Assembly (NCBI GenBank): GCA_022605425.2
Contig: CM061246.1
Location: forward strand, 1,674,001 to 1,738,000
Length of the DNA: 64,000 bases
Direction: 5' to 3'
From: Hamiltosporidium tvaerminnensis FI-OER-3-3
Lineage: Eukaryota > Fungi > Microsporidia
Part shown: positions 48,971-61,550 of the stretch, piece by piece
Layout of the letters: the number at the start of each line of letters is the position of its first letter
Position numbering within the stretch: the first letter of the stretch is position 1
Translations under genes and position numbers: made by a program
The notes under the pieces: model-generated
What the model saw: the letters and a program-made list of their open reading frames with translations, nothing else
Told to the model about the DNA's origin: nothing
The model's database searches: none

Positions 48971-51900
48971 TTAAATAAAAGCATATTTATATATCTTTGA
49001 AGATATTTTCTCATAACACAAAATTCCTTTTACATATACTGATATACAATCATCATCATGCAAAAGACGAATTCTTTGGTGCAAGACAGGGAAAATTATT
49101 TTCAAAACAAAAATTTATATTTCACTAAAAAATCACATCTTGACAAAATATTTTCCAAATCTAATTTTTTTATAATTAGTGGTACGAAATATCCTCCATT
49201 AACTCTATCATAGCCAAGTATTACTAGTATTATATACTTGTAAAACTTTTTTTTAGTAAATTCGTATTCTGTAATTAAAGAATTTAAAATAACTTTATTT
49301 TGTAAATCTTTATATTCAATAGGTTGGTTTAAAAAATCTAGCATTTTTTTTTGTTGAAAAGAAATTTTATATTTGAAATACAAAATTCTATTTTACGAAT
49401 CTTACTTATAAAAATTTGGCTATTTTTTGTGAGATTGTATTCTTTAAAACAACAATAAAAAATATCTCGGTAGTAAAAAATATTTTGATTTTCCAAAATA
49501 TCAAACATAGAAAGTTTTATAAATTCATTTAAAATTAAAAAATGATTTTCTTTGTATTTTTTGTACTCAAAAGAAGTACTTTCATCGAATTTATCTTGAT
49601 CTTCTAGCAATGGGAATGGATTAAAATTAGTTAAATTTTTAAAGAAATCTAATTTTTTAGTTTCTTTTGCAATTTTAAGCTTCTGTTCTTCACTAAGAAA
49701 ATTTATTAAATTTTTTTCTTTAAAAAATATTTCTTCGTAATTTAATAATAATTTGGTCAAATATTCTGTCGAGTTAGATCTTTTTGTAATTTTTGAAAGA
49801 AATTTTGAAAGAATTTGTAAATTGTTTTCTGATTTTGTAAATAAATTTTCTAAAAATGACCAATCATATGAAGGGATCTCCTTTAAGAATATAAACGCTT
49901 TTAAGAAAGTTTCAGGATCTTCTACACAATTCAAATATAATTTATTCAAAATTAAATTGCCAGAAACAATATTTTCTTGATATTTTTGAAGATTTACATC
50001 CAATATTCTCACGGCCTCATAAATATCAATTTTTTCCGTCGAAGTATAACTTTCGAAATTATCAAACATAAATTCAGTCAAATTAAAATTTTTTTCATAA
50101 AATTCTTTAAAGTTTTTATTTTCATTTAAATTGAGAATTTTAAATTGAAATTTAATTTTGTATTCCTCTTCGATGAAACACGTATCAAGAATCAGTTTTA
50201 TTATGAAATAACATTCATCTGTTTTTGATAAATCAAAATAAATTTCAAATAAATTCATAATTCTATTTTTATAATTTTTTGAAATATCAACGTTTTTCAA
50301 AACATATAAAAGAAATAATAAAATATAAAAACTTAAATCATCACTTCTTGCTTTGATTGAGGAAATATAATTTATAATTGTATCGTGTGAAGTGGAATCT
50401 TGTATAAATAATGCCGTAGAAACTGATATTAAATGAATTATACTTGAAATACCTCTTTTCTTTCTAAATAAAGAATCTAAAGATTCAATTCTATTTTTTC
50501 GTAAATAAACAGACCAAAATCTTGGAAAATACAACTTGGTTTTCAAATCTTTAGGCAAATAAAACGTTGAAAGCATTTTTTCAAGCGGTTTTAGTTCAAA
50601 CAATAAATCATTTATATATGATTCCTTACAACTGACATTTTCTTTTTTTAAATCCACTTTTTCTTTTTTCGAAGGTACTTTCAAAGTATCCTCGTCTTTT
50701 TCAACAAAATATGCAATTATTTCTGGATATTCGTCGTAATTTTTAAAATGTTCTCTATTTTCTATCAATTTATCAAAAATCGCACCTAAATTTCCATAAA
50801 AGCTAACCAGTGTTTCGTAATTTATTCTTTTTAAGATAATTGGATTTATAAAAATAAAATTTTTATCAATTAACTTCAAATATTTTTCATTAAAATATGT
50901 AAAATATTCAAAATACAATTCTTTACATTTCATTTTATCTTTATTTCTATTAAATTCATCTAAAATTTCTTTCTCAAATAAAGAAAAATCGAGTTCTTCA
51001 TTTTCGATTTCTGATAAATACACATTTAAAAAATCAATCGGTTTTACCTTAAAATATTTATTAAAAAGCATTATAAAATTTGATTTCCCCATAACTGATA
51101 GCTCCTCTGTCAAATCTTCTTTGCATCTTTCATTTAAAAGATTTTCTGTAATTTTTTTTAATTCATTTTTTACACTCGAATTTTTTTTAGCTAATTCTAA
51201 AACTTCTTTGATCGTAAAATTAAATTCTTGTAAAACATTTTTTAAATCATTCTTTGAAAAATAGAAATCTAAATCATAAGTTTTAAAAAGTTTAAAATGA
51301 ACATAGAAATCATCAAAACCTTTTTTATAAACACTTTCCCTATTAAAATAGACTTGCCATTCTTCCTCATTGTAACATTTTTTCTTAAAAAAAGAAATAA
51401 TATCTCTAATATCCAATGTATCCCATTTTGACAACTCATAATTTTCCAAATCTTTATATTCCAATTTTGTATTACTTCTTCTTATTCCATATTCTTTAAA
51501 ATTAAAAATTTCTAAATTTACACAAATAATTTTCTCAAAATACTCAGGAAATTCGTTTTCATTGATTATTTTTATTTTATAATTAATATCACTGGTTTTC
51601 AATAATTTTATCGTTTTAGACAAAACATAAATTACGTTTTTTTTAAACTTTTCTTCAAAAATATTTCTTGAAATGAAATATCTTTTAAATTTTTTTATAT
51701 CCGTTTTTTTACAAATATTTCTTAATAAAAATTCTAAAATATAATCTACTCTGTATTTTCCAAGTAAAATTTTTAAATATTTTTCTTTTTCATCAATTTT
51801 TTTCCATAAAAAAATAAAATCATAAATATTTGTAAGTTGTAGATAATTTAAAGTAAAATCTACAATATTTTCTTTAAAGAATTCATCTACTTCATTTTCT

Positions 51901-52184
51901 TTGTAATATTCCAAAATAAAAGTTACCGATTCTTTCTTATAAAAAACTGGTTTTATTCTTAAATAAATCAAAATGAAAGTAGAATATCGTTTTCGTACAC
52001 CCTCATTGTTTAAAAAATTTTCTATCGGAACTGAATGCAAAATTGAATTATTTTTTATATTTAAATAAGCAATTGGAACAAGATATTCTGGATATTTGGT
52101 CTCTGTCAAAATTTTTATATCCAATTCATAATTTTTCTTAGAAAAATACTTTTTTGTAATTGTATACCTTGAATCTTCTTCCAT
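48971..52184 (-). CDS. Hypothetical large helical protein (948-aa ORF plus frameshifted C-terminal extension)
   Basis: tttacccacaATG start. ORF 49338-52184 continues into 49102-49383 if one A is added to A9 (T9 at 49344-49352). A second possible shift near 49110 would extend it to a stop at 48971 (less certain). Confidence 0.75.
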
Positions 52185-52319
52185 TGTGGGTAAATCTTTT
52201 TTTTGATTTAAAAATCAACATCTTGCTATCCGAAATGATAAAATTTCCAATAAAAAATAAATTTGGGTCTACGTTCAAAGTACTGACTTAACAAAAATTA
52301 TTTAATTGCTCATTTAATT

Positions 52320-53040
52320 TTGAGAATACTCTTGCTAAATAGATATAAATTCAAGTCTTCAAAAGGAATTTGGAGTCACTCATTTTAGAAAATTCTCGAT
52401 AACGAATGCGCAGCGATAAGAGGGGAACTGGAATAAAATTGTTGTCGAGATATGAAAGAACAAACCCGATATATTTATTTTATATAAAAGAAAAAAAAGC
52501 AAACACTCATCGAAGTAGTAAATCTCGCCCAAATTTCACTTTAAATAGTAGAGACTGAAAAAATTAGGAAGCTTTACCCGCTAGCCAATGAGTTAGGTCT
52601 TATTTATAAGTTTAGTATTGAGATAATTTTTTATGTAATGACCTGGTACGATATTGCGACAAAACACCATAATTCATACCGCAAAAGAAAGTCAATACCC
52701 AAAAAAGTGGTATACATTCAACTTATAGTACTTAAGAAGACAGCCGAAACTATTTTCTTTGATCGACGAACAGGACTCAAGTCGCGACCAAATGCTAAAT
52801 AGAGCTCTGAAAAAGCGTAAATAAAGTGTATCGAGAGAGCCGAGATTCACGAGAAAACGATTCTTCTTCAAATCAAGCAATTAACGAGTAAAATGATGTA
52901 TACCATTTAAAAACAAAAAAAATCCTCTCTTAAAACAGAAGAGGAACTACATTAGACGAACCTACAATAAACATAAATGATTAGTTAATTAGAAGAATAA
53001 AATATATTAGTATAAGAGGTAGCTTGAAATACATAAAAGT
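52320..53040 (+). mobile_element. 5'-truncated RLE LINE (RLE domain and 3' end)
   Basis: KILDNE, TLIEV, IVETEKIRK..LANELGLIYK, YVMTW, IVLKKTAETIFFDRR. Confidence 0.85.
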
Positions 53041-53079
53041 GTGAAAAACGTTTTAACGCAGGAATTATTTAAATAAAAA

Positions 53080-56000
53080 GTAAAGTTTTTTATTTGAAAC
53101 AAATTTTTTATTTAATAAAATTCTGGGTTAAAATATTTTTTACCATTTTTACATGTTTTCTTCTACCTCTTTGACATTTTGTCTCTTCTTCCAATCCGAC
53201 TCTTCATTTATGTTATTGGTGGTTCCTCTAGTGGTTCCTCCTTGTAAATAGGGGGTTTATATTTTGGTTTAAAATTTTTGGCACCATCTTCCTCTGTTTT
53301 CGCTTCTTTTAAAGGGGGTATTGGTTCCTTGCATCTCTGATCTCTAATAACACCCATTGACGCTCTCTCCCAGCTCTCTTCGGCATTTAGTCCTACTCAG
53401 TCCTCTTCGTCGATCAAGGAAATAGTTTCGACTGTCTTTTTAAGTACTATAGACTGAATGTATGCTTCTACATTCTGGGTATTTCTAGTCTTTTAAGATG
53501 GATTTATGGTATTTTGTCACATACCGTCCCGGTCATCACATAAGGGATTATCTCACACTACACTTATAAATAAGGCCCAACTCATTGGCTAGCGGTCATA
53601 CTTCCTAGTTTTTCGTTTCAACTATTTGAAGTGAATCTTGAAGTGATTCCTACTCATGAGTGTTATCTTATTCTTCTTCTTATCTAAATAAATATGTCCG
53701 GTCTGTTATTCCGAATTTTAACATCAGTTTTAATTCTGGTGTCCACTCTTATTCTGCATACTCATTATAGAATTTCTTGAACTGAGTGGCTCCTTATTCG
53801 TTTTGAAGACTTAAACTTATATCTATTTGAAGGGAAGGTGTGGCATCTAACCACTTCATTTGCCGTCTGTGTAATCATGGCCTGCATTTTTCACATCTAG
53901 TTGCCGATGATCTAGTCTTACCGACTTCCCGCAATGTTGACACACACCATCTGCTCCCGAATACATTTCTATCCTGGATATAGCGAACACAGCTTCATTT
54001 CGTGGCCTATATTTCTCTCTTTAGCCATCTTGAAGAGTCACTAAACTAGCTCATTTTCCTTGCATTATATAACTTTGAATGGGTTTTCGTTTTTTATTTC
54101 GTTATATAGTTTTGAGTTGAGCTCTTCTAAACTTTTCTTAGTGACTTCTTCACCAACCTGTACTTTACTTTTAGAAGCCTTTTATTAGTGCAAGATGGGT
54201 TTTATTATTATTCTCCACCTTGAGGATTGCTGCTCGTCTGTTGATATTTTTTACTTTTTCCGACAATCCAAGAGTTGAAGCATATGTTCGCTTCGCAACT
54301 CAACACTATGTAGGCCTCTTCAGTTCTGTTCTAGGTATAAACGCTCTTTACATCCTGGGCGGAATGTTCTTATTTTTACCACACCGCACGCACTGCATCA
54401 TCTAACTTAGAAGTCAGCTGGTTAAGTCGAAGTACTCCTATGTGGTAGTTGATTAACGATATCGCATGTTGATTGGTTGCGAAATAAATTTTTTGATTTA
54501 ATCTAGTGTGAAAGTCTTTCACTCTTGATATAAGTTTGTCTGTACTTCTTCAATGAGCTACGTGTTGGATTCCTCTGTATCTTCTATTATTCCTAAATAT
54601 TTGTAAACACTAACACCTTCTGAAGAGTAGCGTATCTTCACAACACGTATCATTTGTGGTGACTCTCTTTGTTAATCTCTAAGCCAATAACCTCTAAAAT
54701 TCCTTTGCCTCGCCTGTCTAGACTCATGTGGAGCTGTCTTTTGAGGAGCTTAGATCATCAATAAACAAGAGATGATTAGTAGAATGGGATTCTGCATCTG
54801 TTTGTACTGTACTTTTGTGTATTTTTCATTAGCTTTCGCTAATGGATCCATACACAAAACAAATAACAATGGTGACAAACTATCTCCTTGTGAATCCCTC
54901 TATCAATCTTCTTGCTCATGATTTTTTTAGGCCCTACTGATATATCAATTTTCCATTTTGATATAATTACCTTAATAAATTTCGGATCCAATCAGGTAAA
55001 TTAGGTTTTCATGCATTGAGTTAAATAAGCATGATCTATTGAATCATAGTTTTTAACATCAATCCATGTTGCCTTAGATTATTTCCATACTCTTTATTTA
55101 GGCAATATTCGTGAGCCTGCTCTTTCGCCCCTGCACCTCTTACGCCCCTAGTTGGTTCTCTGGAACCCTCGCCTTTCCACTTCGTTGACGACTTTCGTTA
55201 CACACTTTGTCGTTAACTTATAGAGGTTGGACATACAGTGATTGGCCTGTGTCGAGCCTCTTCGTGGAATTCCTTTCGGTATCAAATACGTAAGCCCGCG
55301 TAAACCAATCGCTTGAGGTGTTCCTTCTAAACATATAACTTTCACAATATCATAAAGATATTTGTGAAGAGTTGTAAGTTTCTTAATGAAAAATTGTAAA
55401 TACCATCAATTCCAGCAGCTTTCCATTGGGGCCAATTAATGATATTCACAAATTCATCAGTGAAGGAAACGTGGTCGGATGATTATCTGATACAAATGGA
55501 ATCAATAATCATCGTACGTGACTGTGTCATCATTTTTGTTCCACATTGTAGACCAAAACTACATTTCATCACGGCTAACAATGCTCGGATTCCACACGCT
55601 CGGATAACCCACGATAAAATCGACCTCGGAAAGCTCAAACATACGATTCTCTTTTCGGAATTGCTTCCTACTTTCATGCATCGTAATTTTTTCTCGTAAA
55701 CATTCAAACTCATTCTTCTTAACTAAAGCCTCGAAAGATCGTACGCTGCTCAGTTTAAATTAAACTCTCGATGATTTTCTTAAGGCTCTTCGTTTCCAGT
55801 GAGAGCTTTTCCTGCTTACGAGCTTTCTCGAGATCTTTGGAAGTACTAACTTGAAATTTTACTTCTATGTTTTCTTCCAGCGGATCTGGCTTTCTTTACG
55901 TGTTGCCTCGTCATAGCATACCTGCGCAGCTTGCATGATATACGCGGCTTCCGTAATTGACTCGGTACATGAGCTCCTGCATATTCACCGACTACTCGAT

Positions 56001-56680
56001 TTATGAGATCCAGAACTTTACTATCAACCAATTCATTTGGATGTTTTCTAGTTCGACCACCACTTTTCCAATTTCGTTCTCGAGATTTCTTTGATTTTAC
56101 TCAGAATTTATCTCTCGGTTTATGTACTCCGTGGTGTCGGTCGGTGCATGTATCGCGGAGTGGCGATTCTACGTCGCTCTCCATTCTCTTCTGATTTTAC
56201 ATCCTTTCCCATCTCACTTTGTGCCATTTTTAACACTTCGAGTTTCGTGCGCCGAATTTCTCATTATAGTACCTGTGAGCTCTGTCCAGCCATTTCTTGG
56301 CATTCTTTCAAACCTTGTCTGTACTGCAAAAACAATTCGAGGCCATTCCTTCGGGTCGCTGTTACGGAATCGAATATCGTCCGCAATGCCATTAGCCTGT
56401 TACCTTCCGGAATAGCTGAGTACGGGGCTTGTCTGTCGTACGATGGCTCGCACGCGAGACTTCAACCAAGAGGGAACTGGTGCATTAGGCGAAGGTGGTG
56501 TCGCCCACTATTTTGCATTTACTGCATGTTTGGCTTGGTGGTGGTGTTATTGTTGTGTGGGGAGGAGGTGGAATCGCCGGTGGGTGTAGCTTCATTTGTA
56601 TCTCACTATCACCTTTTCACCTCATCGGTCTTTGCAGCCTTTATTTTGGTATTTTCGAATTTCTGCTAACTTTTTTTCTA
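53080..56680 (-). mobile_element. Near full-length RLE-type non-LTR retrotransposon (R4/Dong-like by inference), heavily frameshifted
   Basis: WKAAGIDGIYNF, LTYLIPK, CMSNLYKLTTK, QGDSLSPLLFVLCMDPL, HLLFIDDL, YKYLGI, CQHC knuckle, RNNRPDIF, LANELGLIYK; single-ORF RT-Zn-RLE layout. Confidence 0.92.
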
Positions 56681-57832
56681 CCATTTTGAAACAAAAATAT
56701 TTTTTTTGAAAATAAAATAAATTTCTTATTTTCAGACAGAACCACAATTCTAAATTCTTTTAAAAATTTGAAAAAATAAATACGTTTAATTCTTAAGAAA
56801 TGTAATCAAGTTGAATTCTAAACGTCGTAGGTTGTTATACACTCGATGTAGGATTTAATTCGGTTACAAATTTTAATACACATAATAAATGTAATCAAAG
56901 TTAAAAATCAATTTTTTAATGTGTTATTTCTTTCAGTCCTTTCAAATTCTTTTACTTGAATTCTTCCATATATTTGACTCTATATATTTTTCTCAAATTA
57001 TTAGAATCATTTTATACGAAATATAGAGGTAAAGATTTCTGTATCTGTTCCTTTAACGCATTCTTCTATAACTGAATATCACTTTCATCGTGTATACTGT
57101 TAATATGTTTCTTCTTCTCGTATTACGTCTAAAAGCCGCGCTTTGCTCAGCTTTCTGATCCCTTTGTTAGAATTTCATTACTCTGTGTCGATTAAAAATT
57201 CTTTTGGTAATCTCATTTGAAAAAAATTTTGAATTTGACCTATATTTGTATTCATATAAGTTCTTTTTATTGGTATATTTAACTTTTCCAATATAAAGTT
57301 TAGTAAGCAATATCACAAACTTTGATTTACCGTCATTTTTTTTCCTAATATGAGCGATTTATTTCAATTCAGCAAAAATCAACTACAAAAAAGTATCATC
57401 TAAAATATTTAATAAGCGAATCTTCGATTTACTCATAAATTGTGTTATTATCCGTAGGTAAAGGAAGTAACTAAAAAATTTATGTATAAATATCTATCTT
57501 ACTAAAATCAGTCTTGGCCTTATATCATCATAAAAGCGTATTTCTGTTCAATAAAAGTATCGAAATCGTGAAAACTCTAAAAATTCAGTAGGCATTTGGC
57601 ATGAGTGTGCAAAAATATCTTGAAATTACAATACTTGTGAGCGTAATAAAGTGTTCCCAGTTCAAAATGTAGTTATTTAAATAATATAGATGCGAACCTT
57701 CAGATCGAAAAAAAAGAATAAGACTTACAGAATCCTATAAAATGAGTAAGCCTATGTAAAAATAGACGGTAAGATAAAAATCAATGCCAAAATTTCGAAA
57801 AACGGTGTATTTTTCAGTTCATTTCAGCTATA

Positions 57833-58060
57833 TTCGCATTACAACCCTGTATGAGCCTTAGCCCCCTCGGTAATACCTCCTCCACCAGTCTTTTTTCCGT
57901 AGGTTTGTTTCTTTTTCGAGTTTTATAACAAGGTGGTTTTAAAAGATTTGTTCTTAGCCCTACGATAAACCCCAATCTAAAGTATAAAACCATTTTACTC
58001 GCCTCTTATGACGAGTAAAGAAAACATAAAGCCAATTTTGCTCCAGGTACGGTAGGGAAA
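57833..58060 (-). mobile_element. Bipartite non-autonomous RTE derivative (S3)
   Basis: Minus strand gtcataagaggcgagtaaaatgg...ttttaaaaccaccttgttataaaac, then aagactggtggagg...aaggctcatacagggttgtaatgcgaa matching the RTE 3' end; degenerate TSD atttcagctata / tttccagttata. Confidence 0.8.
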
Positions 58061-58827
58061 TTTTCCAGTTATAAATTCTGAATATTATTCCTTCATGAGG
58101 TTGCATTTACTTTAGAAAATTAGATTCAGATTTGAAATGAAAAAACCAAAGAAGTAAAGCATATTAGCATTAATTAGGGTCTTGTTCATATACATAGCAC
58201 ATAAATAATCGTTTATTTATTAACTTGAGATATTATTTGGAAATATAAAAATTCTACCTTAATGAGCAATACATAACAGTAACAACAATAGCATACTTTT
58301 AGCCGGCAATGTACCAAAAAAGTTGCAAGGATTTACCAAGTTAAATTAAACTTGGGAAGTAAGACCTAGCCGAAAGATATTCGAAAATAATATTAGTAGG
58401 TATCATACAAAGCCCAGAGAATGCTGTAAAAATATATACCCGCCAAATGAAAATAAATGTTTGCAAATAATTACCAGAATTATTGTCAATTATATAAAAT
58501 GAATGAGATATAAGCTTTGAGCCGAAACGTGAAAAAATTTAATATAAAGAACGGATCAAATCGACAGGCAAAAGGAAAATTATGCAAGCGAGAGAGCAAT
58601 GAAATTCCAATACGAGTTTGAAATATACTTATTCTAAGAAAAATCGTAAGCAAATATCCCACAACCAGTTAAATTAATTTTAAATACAATAAAAGACTTC
58701 AAAAGCAAATAAAATAAAATTATCTCTTATGTAATCTTGTAATTTCAATAAAAAAGTTTTAGAAAAATCGCAACAACAAAAAAATAATCATTTATATATT
58801 TTATTTGTGCTTTTACTATTTGGTTAG

Positions 58828-58936
58828 AAAAGTTTATAAAAATTAGAAAAAGTAAAAAAAGTAAAAAAGTAAAAAAAGTAAAAAAGTTTATAAAAATTAA
58901 AAAAAGTAAAAAAGTAAAAAAGTAAAAAAGTAAAAA
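58828..58936. repeat. (A6-7GT)n low-complexity tandem repeat just downstream of the 454-aa gene
   Basis: aaaaaagt units with aaagtttataaaaatta occurring twice. Confidence 0.85.
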
Positions 58937-58947
58937 CAATTAAAAAA

Positions 58948-60312
58948 TTATTTATTTACTCTTTTTAATTCCTTTTCTATTTCAGTTGGAAGATTTACCA
59001 AAATTTCAAAAATATTTTTTTCCTCACCAGACACTTTATCATAAATAAACAACAAAAAAGAATTATTTTCTTTAAATATAAACATTTCTGTGTCACTTCT
59101 TACTTCAAAATAGTCATATTTGTTAATTGACATGTTTAGAATAGAAATGATAATAAAAGATTTTAAATGTGGCAAATTATCAAACGAAAACGATTTTTGT
59201 AATTCTTTTTTAACAAAATATATTTTTTTATCTAATATTTTACCGAATTTAACTGTGTGTTCAATAACATTCAACGGTTTATTTTCTGTTTCTTGTGTAA
59301 CGTTTCTATTTCTGGTTACGTTAATTTCTTCATCAATTTTTGCATTTAAGTGTTCCTTTGGCTTATTATCTTCGTTTTTGATGTTACTCAAGTCATTAGG
59401 TATATTTTCATTTGCATTTATATTTTCACTACTTTTTATACTTTCATTACTTTTTGTTTTTACATTTTCGTTGGTATTTTTGGCATTTAATTTTTTGATT
59501 CGATCTGAAACCAAACTTTTCATTTCTTTTTCATCTTCTGATTTTAAATTTTCATTTTTTGTATCGTGACTGGTTTTTAATTCGGATTCGTTGTTTATTT
59601 GTCTTTTTAATTTTAAATGCTCTATTTCTTTCATAAGATATTCTTCAGATTCATTTTCTTCAATTCTTTTCATTTCAACATCGAATAAATCAGAATCCTC
59701 TTCATTGGTTTTTTTGGTATTAATTTCAATCTTAATATCTTTTGTATTTTCATCGATTTCACTATTATTTTTTGCTTTGTTCAAGAGATCCGTTGGATTT
59801 TCAATAAATTCATTTCCGTTTGGAAATATTTCCATTTCTTCTTCTTTCGTTGTTTCAATAAATTGGTACTCTAAAAAAATATTCTTCGGACACAAAAATA
59901 TGTTTCTAATCTCCGAATATTTAACTGTCTTATTTAAGTAAAAACAACAGTTAAAATACACAATATTAGTTTCATATCTCCCCAATAAAAAATATACATT
60001 TTTAAAAGAAAATACCAGCAAATCTAAAGCATACGAATTTATAAATGTAAGTGCCATTTCTTTTACAGTAGATTTTATTGTTTTAATTTCAAATGAAAAA
60101 TATTCTAGATCAGAATAAGTTAATGTACCAATTTTATCATCTTTTGTGTATAAAACCACTTCACCATCTGATACAACTGCTAATTCATGAACTCCTTGAC
60201 ATAATGTCAACGGAGAAGAAAGAATTACATCTTTCATTTCATTTTTCGGATCCAAATTTTTTATATAATAGTTGTATTTATATGGAACTAAAATAAGAGG
60301 TAAAATATCCAT
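58948..60312 (-). CDS. Hypothetical protein (454 aa) with a central charged low-complexity linker
   Basis: Intact ORF; acaccccgATG context. Confidence 0.8.
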   Translation of the reverse strand: MDILPLILVPYKYNYYIKNLDPKNEMKDVILSSPLTLCQGVHELAVVSDGEVVLYTKDDKIGTLTYSDLEYFSFEIKTIKSTVKEMALTFINSYALDLLVFSFKNVYFLLGRYETNIVYFNCCFYLNKTVKYSEIRNIFLCPKNIFLEYQFIETTKEEEMEIFPNGNEFIENPTDLLNKAKNNSEIDENTKDIKIEINTKKTNEEDSDLFDVEMKRIEENESEEYLMKEIEHLKLKRQINNESELKTSHDTKNENLKSEDEKEMKSLVSDRIKKLNAKNTNENVKTKSNESIKSSENINANENIPNDLSNIKNEDNKPKEHLNAKIDEEINVTRNRNVTQETENKPLNVIEHTVKFGKILDKKIYFVKKELQKSFSFDNLPHLKSFIIISILNMSINKYDYFEVRSDTEMFIFKENNSFLLFIYDKVSGEEKNIFEILVNLPTEIEKELKRVNK

Positions 60313-60879
60313 CGGGGTGTTATAAAAAAGAATGATATTTTTTAAAGAACAATATTTTAAAAAAGGAAATTTCTGATATTGGAAATTATTCTTCTAAAAA
60401 ATAAATATCTATTTGAGTGGATTAAGACTTATTATATTTCGAATATGAATTTAAATAACTTTTTTTACAAAACGTATCAAGCTTAATTAAATTGAATATT
60501 AAATTCACGCTTTTAAAATAGGTTATATAAAGCTTTATTATTTTTACGTTTCTATTAGAAATAAACGTGTTTTTTAATTTACACTAGTGAACTGAAATAA
60601 AGAAACCAATAATTTTAATAAAATTTTTTAAAATAAACAGATTATATTCTTTGTGATTACTTACTAAAAATATCAACGATTTACTTATATATTTCATTTC
60701 TATAATATTTTTTTAGTACAAAAATATGTGCAAAATACAATAATCACACAATATATTAACTTATTATAGACCAAAAATGTATGATTCTACAACAAATAAA
60801 AAGTCTAAACAAAACTTTTTGAACCCAATTACAAATGGATGATTAAATAAAATATATTATTTTACCAAGGTTTGATTAG

Positions 60880-61550
60880 TGGCGAATGAGACATATTAAA
60901 CACTTTATGCTTAGCAAAGAGTGTGTAAAGCTGGCGTGTAAATGGTTGTATAGATATTTAGTGGTATTGCAACCACACGAAATACAGGTTATTCAACGGG
61001 AATTTTATAAATAGTAATGGTTTAAAAAACGGTATCATTTTTAAAATATAAAATTTGTGGTTTTTTTGTAAATAGATTTAAAATCATATGTAACCTTTAG
61101 ATATTTTGGGTTTCAAAGCATGTAAACCTCGCCTGGGATAGATACAAAAATCATATTCTTCAAAAGCCAGGAAAATAAATAACAGATTATATCTGTTGAT
61201 ATATCACTCCATTACCTTGATGGATCACATGAGTCACCGAGATATATTTTAGCTAAAATTCCATTCGGATCAGAACGTTTAGAGTAAATGGGAATGCTGC
61301 TGTCTTTATAAAGCAAAAGTGGGGTTTGACTTGCCCTCATACACCGGAAACAAATTTTAAACAGCCGAACTGCAAACAAAAATGGTTCTATATATCTCTT
61401 AGAGGAAAAATTTCGGGGTGTAGGTATCTTAGAGTAAAGCTAAAGAGTTCTCTAGGAAGCATTTATCTATTCATAACCGTTAATTGTTTTAATCTCAGTT
61501 ACAGAATATATTAAGTGCCATTTTTTTAAAAAGAAAAATTATACTCTTGA
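60880..61550 (+). mobile_element. Unclassified SINE-like element, strongly diverged long form (L4)
   Basis: actttatgcttagcaaagagtgtg head; caaccacac, aaagcatgtaaacct, aagccaggaaa, ttagcta...tcagaa, tgggaatgctgc, gtaggtatc and tgccatttttttaaaaaga all collinear with L1/L2. Confidence 0.75.

Noticed and set aside
56091-56689. Plus-strand ORFs up to 192 aa
   Set aside because: Antisense to the GC-richer 5' part of the RLE LINE.
57570-57760. Eighth copy of the novel SINE head (ttggcatgagtgtgcaaaa)
   Set aside because: Only ~15 nt of similarity and no clear TSD or tail.
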